Below, piece by piece: positions 1 to 7,359 of a DNA stretch of 47,284 bases. This DNA is from a virus. Location of the stretch: IMG/VR virus record IMGVR_UViG_3300045988_065468, positions 1 to 47,284 of that record; one strand, written 5' to 3'. Positions within the stretch are counted from its first letter, which is position 1; each line of letters opens with the position of its first letter. Both the position numbers and the translations under genes were made by a program. The notes below the pieces were generated by a model that saw nothing but the letters and a program-made list of their open reading frames with translations, did not search any database and was not told where the DNA came from.

Positions 1-99
1 ATGTGAGGAAACAAGAACATATTTTGCTTCTGGAAGGAGATTACAAGATGATACAGGAAAAGGGATATTATTTAGCTTAGGTGGTGAAACAAAAAAAAC
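1..99. repeat. Terminal direct repeat copy 1 (identical to 47186..47284); circular-assembly overlap
   Basis: Base-by-base comparison: atgtgaggaaacaagaac...gtggtgaaacaaaaaaaac occurs at both window ends (99 nt). Confidence 0.9.
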
Positions 100-100
100 A

Positions 101-436
101 ATGGAACAGTATATACCAGAATATGAATATTCACACAAAGTGGATGAGTTAAGACAGAACAGAGTACAGACATCATTTTATAAATATGTAAGTATAAAAC
201 ATAATTTTGGAAGAGGATATGTGAATGCACTCAGAAGCCATGAAAAGTGCATTGAAGCGTACAATAGAACAGGAAACAAAGAGTATTTGCTCGATGCTAT
301 GAATTATCTTATGTTTGAGTTCATGTACCCACAAAAAGATGGTGCATATTTTAAACCTACAGACAGTAAGGAGTCAGCAGGAACTGAAGGTATTAGTATT
401 AGAGAAATGGAGAGGATAAAAGAAAATGGCTACTAA
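101..436 (+). CDS. Hypothetical protein (111 aa)
   Basis: ATG ORF in the track. It is preceded by ggtggtgaaac and its end overlaps the next start. Confidence 0.6.
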   Translation: MEQYIPEYEYSHKVDELRQNRVQTSFYKYVSIKHNFGRGYVNALRSHEKCIEAYNRTGNKEYLLDAMNYLMFEFMYPQKDGAYFKPTDSKESAGTEGISIREMERIKENGY

Positions 437-1361
437 AACAAAAGGAATGAACAAAGAAGCAATTATGAAATTATGCTCAGAGATTTCAAAGAAAGAAGGC
501 GAAGGGATTGTTTACAGTCTGGGAAATAAAAATGGAGTGTTAAACATTCCTCGTTGGAGCACAGGACTCCCAGACCTTGATGCAATCATAGGTGGAGGAA
601 TCCCAAAAGGAAGAACAATAGAAATATTCGGGGCAGAATCAGCAGGAAAAACAACGCTTGCATATCAGTTCTGCGCTCAACATGAAATGTGCCTTGATAT
701 ACCGATTGAGGGTACGTTTGATGCAGAACGTGCAAAGCTATTCGGAAACAGACCAAAACAAATGTTGGTGTATAGAGCGAGATATGGAGAAAAGGCTTTT
801 AACAGAGCAATCCGTTTTGCAGAAGAAGGTATACCAATGATTGTGATAGACAGTGTTCCTTCTATGCAACCGAAAGATGATATTGACAAAATCAGAAAAG
901 CAGTGAACACAGATAGTGAACAGGAAATGCGAATAGGTGGTGTTGCAAGGCTTATGGATAAATATTTACCAACTCTGGAAGATGTGATAGAACAGACAGG
1001 AACAACTGTTGTGTTTATAAACCAGATTAGGGACAAAATGAATGCATTGCCATTCGGAGACAACATACAGACACCAGGAGGTCATAAGCTGAAACATAGT
1101 GCTAGTTTGAGAATACAGGTTGCACGAAAAGGGTATATTGACATACCAAACCATAACCCTTATAATAGTGCAAGCAAAGAAACAATCGGAATGATAATGA
1201 AGTGCAAAGTCGTAAAATCAAAGGTATGCAATCCAAAAGGCGAGTGTGAGATACCATTGTTTTATGACAGAGGGTTTGTAGATTTTGCAGACCTTGAAGA
1301 TGTAAGAAAAGAAATCATGGCAGAACATAAACAGAAATACAAGGAAATGCTACAGGGTTAA
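426..1361 (+). CDS. RecA-family recombinase
   Basis: 311 aa. Walker A is FGAESAGKTTLAYQ and Walker B-like is MIVIDSV. FINQIRDKM..FGDNIQTPGGHKLKHSASLRIQV parallels bacterial RecA NQIR..GG.ALKFYASVR. Confidence 0.85.
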   Translation: MATKTKGMNKEAIMKLCSEISKKEGEGIVYSLGNKNGVLNIPRWSTGLPDLDAIIGGGIPKGRTIEIFGAESAGKTTLAYQFCAQHEMCLDIPIEGTFDAERAKLFGNRPKQMLVYRARYGEKAFNRAIRFAEEGIPMIVIDSVPSMQPKDDIDKIRKAVNTDSEQEMRIGGVARLMDKYLPTLEDVIEQTGTTVVFINQIRDKMNALPFGDNIQTPGGHKLKHSASLRIQVARKGYIDIPNHNPYNSASKETIGMIMKCKVVKSKVCNPKGECEIPLFYDRGFVDFADLEDVRKEIMAEHKQKYKEMLQG

Positions 1362-1525
1362 TGCGATTCTATTGTATTTGTTTTAGTAGAACATATTTTG
1401 ATGGTGATAGCGCAGAACAAAAGTTTTTCCTGTATGCTAAAACAAGATTGGATGCAGTGAAAACATTCTGCACTACAACAGGCTACAAAAGTGCTTGCAT
1501 TATTTCTGTTCATGTGGTATCATAG
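1361..1525 (+). CDS. Small hypothetical protein (54 aa), translationally coupled to the RecA-like gene
   Basis: Not in the ORF track because it is under 60 aa. TAATG overlaps the recA-like stop. Reads MRFYCICFSRTYFDGDSAEQKFFLYAKTRLDAVKTF... up to TAG at 1523. Confidence 0.35.
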   Translation: MRFYCICFSRTYFDGDSAEQKFFLYAKTRLDAVKTFCTTTGYKSACIISVHVVS

Positions 1526-1546
1526 AGAAGAAGGAGAACAAAATAA

Positions 1547-2371
1547 ATGGGATTGATGGATGAAATAAAACGAGAAGCAGAAGGGAATCGAACAAAGATA
1601 CAGAGCAGTCAAGAAACAGAATTGAAACACAAATTGAATGCGTTGTTTTATCTGGATAAAAACATCAAGAAAGAAACACAGTTTGTAAAATCAGTTATGA
1701 CAAGGGGACAGGAAACAACAGAACGAAAAGGACTCCATGCAAGTGCTGTTATAAAGTCAGACAATAAGTTTTGTTATAGACAGCAAGTGTTAAGTTTATT
1801 TTATAAACAGGCACAGGGAGAACAAGTACCTGTTGGATTGAAGCGGATATTTGAGGAAGGAAATGCAATCCATGAAAAGTGGCAACGTTTGTTTGTTCGT
1901 GGCGGTTATGCAGAACCGTTAGATTGTGATTTCAGCAGATTCAACGAAGAATTTGACCTGTCCTATACGCCAGACATTATCTGTGAAATAGATGGACAAC
2001 AATATGTTGTTGAGATAAAATCAGTAAATTCTTTTTTGTTTAAGAATATGCAGAAAAAAGGAACACATCATACGGATGGAAGAAAACAATGCCAATTATA
2101 TATGTATCTAACAAACATACCTAATGGTATTGTGTTATGTGAGGACAAGAATACACAGGAGTTTAGGGTGTATCTGTATAAAGCAAGCTATAAAGAGGTA
2201 GAACCTTATATAGCAAGATTGGAGAAGATACAATATTACAAGCACAGGTTACAGGACAAAGGGAAACTCGTTACGAGACATGAAAAGTGTACAGGGTATC
2301 AATGTAAGATGGCAGAACAATGTCCTATGCGTGAAGTATGCTATGGAAGGAAAAAGGAAAGATTAAAATGA
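1547..2371 (+). CDS. Cas4/RecB-type PD-(D/E)XK exonuclease with Fe-S Cys cluster
   Basis: 274 aa. Motifs: N-terminal Cys (NKFCYRQQ), GNAIHE, D...EIK (PDIICEIDGQQYVVEIKS), QCQLYMY, and a C-terminal CTGYQCKMAEQCPMREVC. RBS is aaggag. Confidence 0.7.
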   Translation: MGLMDEIKREAEGNRTKIQSSQETELKHKLNALFYLDKNIKKETQFVKSVMTRGQETTERKGLHASAVIKSDNKFCYRQQVLSLFYKQAQGEQVPVGLKRIFEEGNAIHEKWQRLFVRGGYAEPLDCDFSRFNEEFDLSYTPDIICEIDGQQYVVEIKSVNSFLFKNMQKKGTHHTDGRKQCQLYMYLTNIPNGIVLCEDKNTQEFRVYLYKASYKEVEPYIARLEKIQYYKHRLQDKGKLVTRHEKCTGYQCKMAEQCPMREVCYGRKKERLK

Positions 2372-2601
2372 AATTAAAAGAGTTTTTAAAAGAATATGTG
2401 TGTCCAAATACAATGATAAGGTTATGGAAGAATGTAAATGAACATGAAAGATTATGTTTGTTTGATGAATGCAAACCAGTAATGAATTGGGAACTAATGC
2501 TGGATAATAGATATGAAAAACATCGTAATCTGAAAGTAATCGGAGTTACTGATATCTTGTGTGAAACATATTATGAAGCAGTAAATATTGTTGTTGAATA
2601 A
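2368..2601 (+). CDS. Hypothetical protein (77 aa)
   Basis: ATGA overlaps the upstream stop, giving MKLKEFLKEY. The ORF track start at 2338 is less likely. Confidence 0.5.
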   Translation: MKLKEFLKEYVCPNTMIRLWKNVNEHERLCLFDECKPVMNWELMLDNRYEKHRNLKVIGVTDILCETYYEAVNIVVE

Positions 2602-2616
2602 TTTATTTTTTAGGGG

Positions 2617-2645
2617 TTGACTTTGTGCAACCCTTATGTTATTAT
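2617..2645 (+). promoter_or_regulatory. SigA-type promoter (TTGACT-N17-TATTAT, TGn extended); the -35 lies in a GGGTTG/CAACCC hairpin
   Basis: ggggTTGACTttgtgcaacccttatgtTATTATatgg. Hairpin arms are 2614-2619 and 2628-2633. Confidence 0.55.
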
Positions 2646-2669
2646 ATGGGTAGAACAGGAGAAAACAGA

Positions 2670-3176
2670 ATGAGTAAATATTGCAGACCAATGGGGTTGT
2701 ATGTAACCTATATGGATTGCATGGAATGTGAGGACAAAGAATGTATAACAAAACGAGAAGAACAAACAAATGTAAATATGAGAGAACAATCACAGACAAA
2801 GATTGCAAAATCTGCACCATGTATGAAAAGTGCGAACTTACAGAAAGGAGATACGAACATGGCATTAACAAAACGTTATTTGAGCATAGAACCAGAACAA
2901 ACAGTGTTTGTAGTATTCGCAAGTAAACGAGAAGGATATAATGATAACATAGTGATACGGTGTAAGGTAAGGGAATGCATAGTAAGAAGAAACTCGACAT
3001 TGTATTGTTTGAGAAAAGAAAAGGTTGTAACAGGACAGAAGCGAATAGACACATTTATTGATAGCTTTATGTGTGAGAATGCAAACATTGATACGGGTTA
3101 TAGAGGATTACAGATAGATAAATACCCAGTATTTACAACAAAGGAGAAATGCATAGAATGGTTAAAACAAATATAA
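2670..3176 (+). CDS. Hypothetical Cys-rich protein (168 aa)
   Basis: ATG at 2670 follows aggagaa. It is in frame with track ORF 2625..3176. Confidence 0.55.
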   Translation: MSKYCRPMGLYVTYMDCMECEDKECITKREEQTNVNMREQSQTKIAKSAPCMKSANLQKGDTNMALTKRYLSIEPEQTVFVVFASKREGYNDNIVIRCKVRECIVRRNSTLYCLRKEKVVTGQKRIDTFIDSFMCENANIDTGYRGLQIDKYPVFTTKEKCIEWLKQI

Positions 3177-3928
3177 ATAGTGATTACAAGAAAAGGTTTA
3201 TGAACGGTTTTAAAATGTTATGCAACGGTAAATCTCCTTATACAGTATGGAGCGATTGCATGGCTTTATTTGCCATTACATTAGCTAATACAAGCATTTT
3301 ACCATTAGCAAAAGAAGAACACTTTAAAAGCGTATATACAGGGCGAGAAAAGGAATATTTACGGATTATAAACAGCTATGAAAAAAAAGAGCAAAAGTTA
3401 TTTCCGCAAATGTTTGCATTACTTGTGGAAGAACTAGAATTACACCCTAACCAAGATTTATTAGGAAGTTTATTTATGGAATTAAAAATATCTAATAAAC
3501 ACGCAGGGCAATTCTTTACACCGTATAGTGTTTGTGAAGCAATGGCAAATGTTTTGATTGAACGTAAACAATTAGGTAAAACAGTACATAAAAAAGGCTA
3601 TACAAGCATATATGACCCGACTTGTGGTGCAGGAGCAACACTTGTATGTGCAAGTGAGATATGTAAAAGCATGTTTAAAAAATATAACTACCAAAATCAT
3701 ATAATGTTTGTAGGGCAGGACATAGACATAACTTGTGTTCAGATGTGTTATATACAGTTGTCCTTACATGGGTTGTCTGGGTATGTTGTACATGGGAACA
3801 CCTTGACGGAACCAGAAGTAACAGACTTACATAGAATTTGGTTTACACCTATGTATTTTAACAATGTATGGACAATGCGTAGATTGTTTCATGGACAGGA
3901 CATTTTAGGGAGGGAAAAAGTAAAATAA
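3158..3928 (+). CDS. N6-adenine DNA methyltransferase-like protein (HsdM-like) with degenerate catalytic motif IV
   Basis: Motif X-like GQFFTPYSV and motif I IYDPTCGAGATLV are present, followed by FVGQDID. The expected NPPF/Y position reads FTPMYF. The start is 3149 or 3158; SD spacing favours 3158. Confidence 0.6.
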   Translation: MVKTNINSDYKKRFMNGFKMLCNGKSPYTVWSDCMALFAITLANTSILPLAKEEHFKSVYTGREKEYLRIINSYEKKEQKLFPQMFALLVEELELHPNQDLLGSLFMELKISNKHAGQFFTPYSVCEAMANVLIERKQLGKTVHKKGYTSIYDPTCGAGATLVCASEICKSMFKKYNYQNHIMFVGQDIDITCVQMCYIQLSLHGLSGYVVHGNTLTEPEVTDLHRIWFTPMYFNNVWTMRRLFHGQDILGREKVK

Positions 3929-3944
3929 AAAAATAAAAAGAAAG

Positions 3945-5099
3945 TTGGTGTGTAAAGTGAATTTTAAAGAGCAATGGAAGGATATAGAAGGGTATGAGGG
4001 ATTATATGAAATAAGTACATACGGAAATGTAAGGAGTAAAGAAAGAAAAAGTAACAGTGGAAAAATTATAAAAGAAAAGATTTTAAAACAGGAAGTAACA
4101 AAAAATAATAGATGCCTTGTTAAATTGTCAAAAGATGGAAAAACTAAAAAATACCAAGTTCATGTTTTAGTGGCTAAACATTTTATAGACAATCCATATT
4201 TTTACAATGAAGTAAACCATATAGATGAAAACCCATTAAATAATAACGTAAGCAATTTGGAATGGTGTACATGTTGGTATAATAATTGTTGCTCATTTAG
4301 TAAACACGTTTTAAGTGAAAACACATTGGACAAAAATGAAAGAAAGTTCTATGAAAGTGTAAATGCGACAACTTATGATGGATTTAATAAAGGTCATGTT
4401 GGTGCAGTTTGCAGAGGGGAAGAATCACAACATAAAGGGTATGTTTTTAAATATGTAAAAGATGAAAAATACATTATAGGAATTGATGAAAGTTATGCAA
4501 GGTGCGGTATAACATTATTATGTGATAAAGTGATAGTTGAAATGTTTTCCATTAATTATGAAAATTGTTTAAATAACACAGAAAAGAGAAAGGAAATTAA
4601 AAAGGAATTAAACAGAATATGTAAAGAATACAGACTTGATAAAAGAAATTGTGATTGTATAGTAGAAAGAATAAGGTTAAAATCACAAGGAGTATTAAGT
4701 TTAAATTATATACTTGCAACATCGGCATTAGTGTCAACAATAACAGATACATTATACAATTATAAAATAAAAGTATATTCAGTTAATACAAAGAGCTGGA
4801 AGTATGCTATTGTAGGTACAAGCAAACCTTTGGAAAACCCTTATGGAATTAATCCAGAGAAGTATCGTACAATCTTGTATATGCGTGATAAAGGGCTTTT
4901 AAAGCATATAGCTGAGGAATATAAGGGCAGAGGTAAAAAAGGCATTATAAACGTAAAAATGGACGTTATAGAAGGTAATCGAAAAGTAAGGAAGAAAGTG
5001 CCTTGCAAAATTAATGATGATTTAGCTGATAGCTATTGTATTGCAATGTATGGGTACTTACCAAAGTCAAAACAAAAGCTAAAGGAGGAAAAGTTTTGA
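3945..5099 (+). CDS. HNH homing-endonuclease (NUMOD4/HNH_3/IENR-like) fused in frame to a RuvC-like Holliday junction resolvase
   Basis: N-terminal half: WKDIEGYEGLYEISTYGNVRS, HVLVAKHF..VNHIDENPLNNNVSNLEW, YDGFNKGHVGAVCRG..HKGYVF. C-terminal half: IIGIDESYARCGI..CIVERI..INDDLADSYCIAMYG. No in-frame ATG/GTG/TTG lies at the junction. The exact 5' start is uncertain (TTG 3945 or GTG 3957). Confidence 0.65.
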   Translation: MVCKVNFKEQWKDIEGYEGLYEISTYGNVRSKERKSNSGKIIKEKILKQEVTKNNRCLVKLSKDGKTKKYQVHVLVAKHFIDNPYFYNEVNHIDENPLNNNVSNLEWCTCWYNNCCSFSKHVLSENTLDKNERKFYESVNATTYDGFNKGHVGAVCRGEESQHKGYVFKYVKDEKYIIGIDESYARCGITLLCDKVIVEMFSINYENCLNNTEKRKEIKKELNRICKEYRLDKRNCDCIVERIRLKSQGVLSLNYILATSALVSTITDTLYNYKIKVYSVNTKSWKYAIVGTSKPLENPYGINPEKYRTILYMRDKGLLKHIAEEYKGRGKKGIINVKMDVIEGNRKVRKKVPCKINDDLADSYCIAMYGYLPKSKQKLKEEKF

Positions 5100-5873
5100 A
5101 AAAAGTGAAATTAAGAAAAGGTGATTGTATTGAACTTATGAAAGATATTCCCGATGGAAGTATTGATATGATCCTTTGTGATTTACCATATGGAACAACT
5201 GCTTGTAAGTGGGACACTGTTATTTCTTTTGAACCATTATGGGAGCAGTACAACAGAATTATCAAAGACAATGGTGCAATAGTTTTATTTGCTAGTCAAC
5301 CATTCTCATCTGTTTTAGTAAATAGTAATATTAAGAATTTTAGATATGAATGGATATGGGAGAAAGATAAGCCTAGTAACTTTGCATTAGCAAATAAACA
5401 ACCTATGAAATACCATGAAAATGTAATGGTATTTTATAAAAAAACAACCGACTTATAATAAACAAATTACATATGGTCACAAGCCTATGAATGGACAAGC
5501 TAAATATGGAAGAACATATAATGGTTCAGTCCCAAGTTTAGAAGTAGAAGAAAGATATAAAGGTGGTAAAACAACTAGAAATCCTTCTAGTATACAAAAG
5601 TTTAATACACCAAAACACAATTCATCAGATAAAAGTGGTTTACATCCATGTCAGAAACCTTTGGAGGCATGTGAGTATTTTATTAAAACATATACAAATG
5701 AAGGGGAAATTGTTTTGGACAACTGTATGGGGTCTGGTAGCACGGGAGTTGCTTGTTTGAGGACTAATAGAAAATTTATAGGCATTGAATTGGAACAAAA
5801 ATATTATGATATTGCAAAAGAAAGAATAAAAAAAGAAATGGAAATTTTAAAGTTAAAGGAAGAAAAATTTTAG
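5096..5873 (+). pseudogene. Beta-class N4/N6 DNA methyltransferase split by a frame break in an A7 run (5438-5444)
   Basis: Upstream part has motif IV ILCDLPYGTT. Downstream part (track ORF 5487..5873) has HPCQKP and motif I DNCMGSGSTG. Removing one A gives the continuous reading VMVFYKKQPTYNKQITYGHKPMNG. A TTG start at 5096 follows aaggagga. Confidence 0.75.
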
Positions 5874-5923
5874 GGTGTACAAAAGTATGCCCTATTTTTA
5901 TTGCATAAAAACAAAAATAATGT

Positions 5924-5952
5924 TTGACATTTGTTTCATAGTATGTTATTAT
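5924..5952 (+). promoter_or_regulatory. SigA-type promoter (TTGACA-N17-TATTAT, TGn) of the ATATAATCAAG class
   Basis: TTGACAtttgtttcatagtatgtTATTATataatcaag. Confidence 0.55.
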
Positions 5953-6002
5953 ATAATCAAGAAATGAAGAAAACAACCAAACAAAGAAAGGGAGAAAAGA
6001 TT

Positions 6003-6215
6003 ATGAATAACAACGAAATCAAACAGAAATTAATGGAAACAATGAAAAATTATGAAGGGTTTGTTAAAAGAAATTTAATTGATGCAAATGAAGCAATAGC
6101 TTATATCAATGGTAGTACAAAAACATTAAAGATGATAGGTGCTATAACAGAGGAAGAAAGAAAAGAATATATGTCCAACTTCGTTTGTGATGTATGCAAA
6201 ATAGCTAATAGATAA
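6003..6215 (+). CDS. Hypothetical protein (70 aa)
   Basis: ATG at 6003 follows gggagaaaag, giving MNNNEIKQKL. Confidence 0.55.
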   Translation: MNNNEIKQKLMETMKNYEGFVKRNLIDANEAIAYINGSTKTLKMIGAITEEERKEYMSNFVCDVCKIANR

Positions 6216-6220
6216 TATTA

Positions 6221-6248
6221 AGGGATGGCGCAAGTCATCCTTTCTTTT
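6221..6248 (+). terminator. Putative intrinsic terminator
   Basis: Stem is agggatg / catcctt (5 Watson-Crick pairs plus G-U and A-U) with an 8-nt loop, followed by tttctttt. Confidence 0.5.
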
Positions 6249-6261
6249 GCAACAAAAGCGG

Positions 6262-6290
6262 TTGACAATCGAACAAAACAAGTGTATCAT
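6262..6290 (+). promoter_or_regulatory. SigA-type promoter (TTGACA-N17-TATCAT)
   Basis: gTTGACAatcgaacaaaacaagtgTATCATataagc. Confidence 0.5.
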
Positions 6291-6382
6291 ATAAGCATAG
6301 AGTTAGGCAGAAATGGTTAGCAAACACTCAAGGTGCAACAATAACAGAATAAAACAAAAACAAATTATTTTCACAAAACGTA

Positions 6383-6411
6383 TTTACATTTGTTTTATGT
6401 TATGTTATAAT
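6383..6411 (+). promoter_or_regulatory. SigA-type promoter (TTTACA-N17-TATAAT, TGn)
   Basis: taTTTACAtttgttttatgttatgtTATAATatag. Confidence 0.55.
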
Positions 6412-6457
6412 ATAGTCACAAAGGAAATGGAAAACAAAACGAGAAGGAGTTAAGAAT

Positions 6458-7261
6458 ATGAGAAAATATAGAACAAATGAAGGATTTTATGTAACAGATT
6501 TTCAGAACATCACAGAGTTGGTGCATTTCATAGAAACAGAGGAAGTCTACCCTAATTTCAAGAACAAAGTGGGAGGTCAAGACAGTATCAGCGGAGACAA
6601 GAGATTTACAGAGACAGAGAACTTTGAGGAAGCGAAAGACCTGTTATTGCATGGATGGGAACATGGTACAAAGGAAATAAAAGGAAGAGTTGAAGCAAAA
6701 GAAACAGGCGTAAACATGAAACAGAAAACAGTCTATGATGTAGCAGGGTATCAGTGTTCTGTACCAAGATATTTACAAGGGATTCCTACTAACATGATTA
6801 ACAAGAAATCAGTTGCACAGAAAAACAAAGTAATTACCATTAACAAGGCGTGTTGTTATAATGCTATGACATCTGCTGAAACAATCAGAACAGAAAGTGT
6901 AAAAGTATTACAGCTTGTGAATCGTCTGGAAAAGCAAGGCTATCGAGTGAACCTCAATGTAATATTTGGTTCAATGAAACGAAATACAGTTGTAACAAAG
7001 GTTCGCATTAAATCATCTTCACAGAAGTTAAACATCAAACAGACAGCATTTCCGTTAGTACATCCGAGTATGTTACGGAGAATTATATTTGCAGTATGGG
7101 AACGTAGCAAGGAATGTTCCTACGGTGGTTTTGAATGTGGTTATGGCAGAGTATGTGATGATTATGTTTTAAGTAAAACATTAAACAAAGGCGAATATCT
7201 GATACCAAATGTATTATCTGAAACAGAAATAAAAGATATAGAACGATATAAAATAAATTAA
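6458..7261 (+). CDS. Hypothetical protein (267 aa), partner of the downstream AAA+ ATPase; possible degenerate vWA-like region
   Basis: Strong RBS aaggag. KVITINKACCYNAMTSAE..LQLVNRLEKQGYRVNLNVIFGS resembles a vWA strand-helix-strand without the DxSxS MIDAS motif. This similarity is weak. Confidence 0.5.
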   Translation: MRKYRTNEGFYVTDFQNITELVHFIETEEVYPNFKNKVGGQDSISGDKRFTETENFEEAKDLLLHGWEHGTKEIKGRVEAKETGVNMKQKTVYDVAGYQCSVPRYLQGIPTNMINKKSVAQKNKVITINKACCYNAMTSAETIRTESVKVLQLVNRLEKQGYRVNLNVIFGSMKRNTVVTKVRIKSSSQKLNIKQTAFPLVHPSMLRRIIFAVWERSKECSYGGFECGYGRVCDDYVLSKTLNKGEYLIPNVLSETEIKDIERYKIN

Positions 7262-7279
7262 GATATTTATAAAAATATA

Positions 7280-7308
7280 TTGACTTATTTATAATTATAA
7301 TATATAAT
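7280..7308 (+). promoter_or_regulatory. SigA-type promoter (TTGACT-N17-TATAAT)
   Basis: atTTGACTtatttataattataataTATAATat. Confidence 0.55.
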
Positions 7309-7359
7309 ATATATATAAGATAAAGGTAAACAAAAACAATCAGTGAAGGAGAAAAGAAA

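Noticed and set aside
1-99. The terminal 99-bp repeat as a biological direct terminal repeat or LTR.
   Set aside because: It cuts through an ORF and an RBS, and it is short, exact and located at the contig ends. That pattern matches an assembler overlap on a circular or concatemeric template. Read-terminus analysis would be needed to argue otherwise.
101-436. Faint resemblance of ORF 101..436 (YKY...NALRSHEKCIEAY..TGNKEYLLDAMNYLMFEF) to phage dATP/dGTP pyrophosphohydrolase-type helical domains.
   Set aside because: It is pattern-level only and comes from memory, and the key acidic residues could not be aligned. The ORF is left as hypothetical.
658-1154. Nested and alternative-frame + strand ORFs in the track: 658..840, 2741..2926, 5563..5760, 7919..8167, 33606..33791, 39072..39290 and 41021..41209.
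   Set aside because: They are fully contained in longer ORFs with clear family motifs or better RBS context, and they have no independent support.
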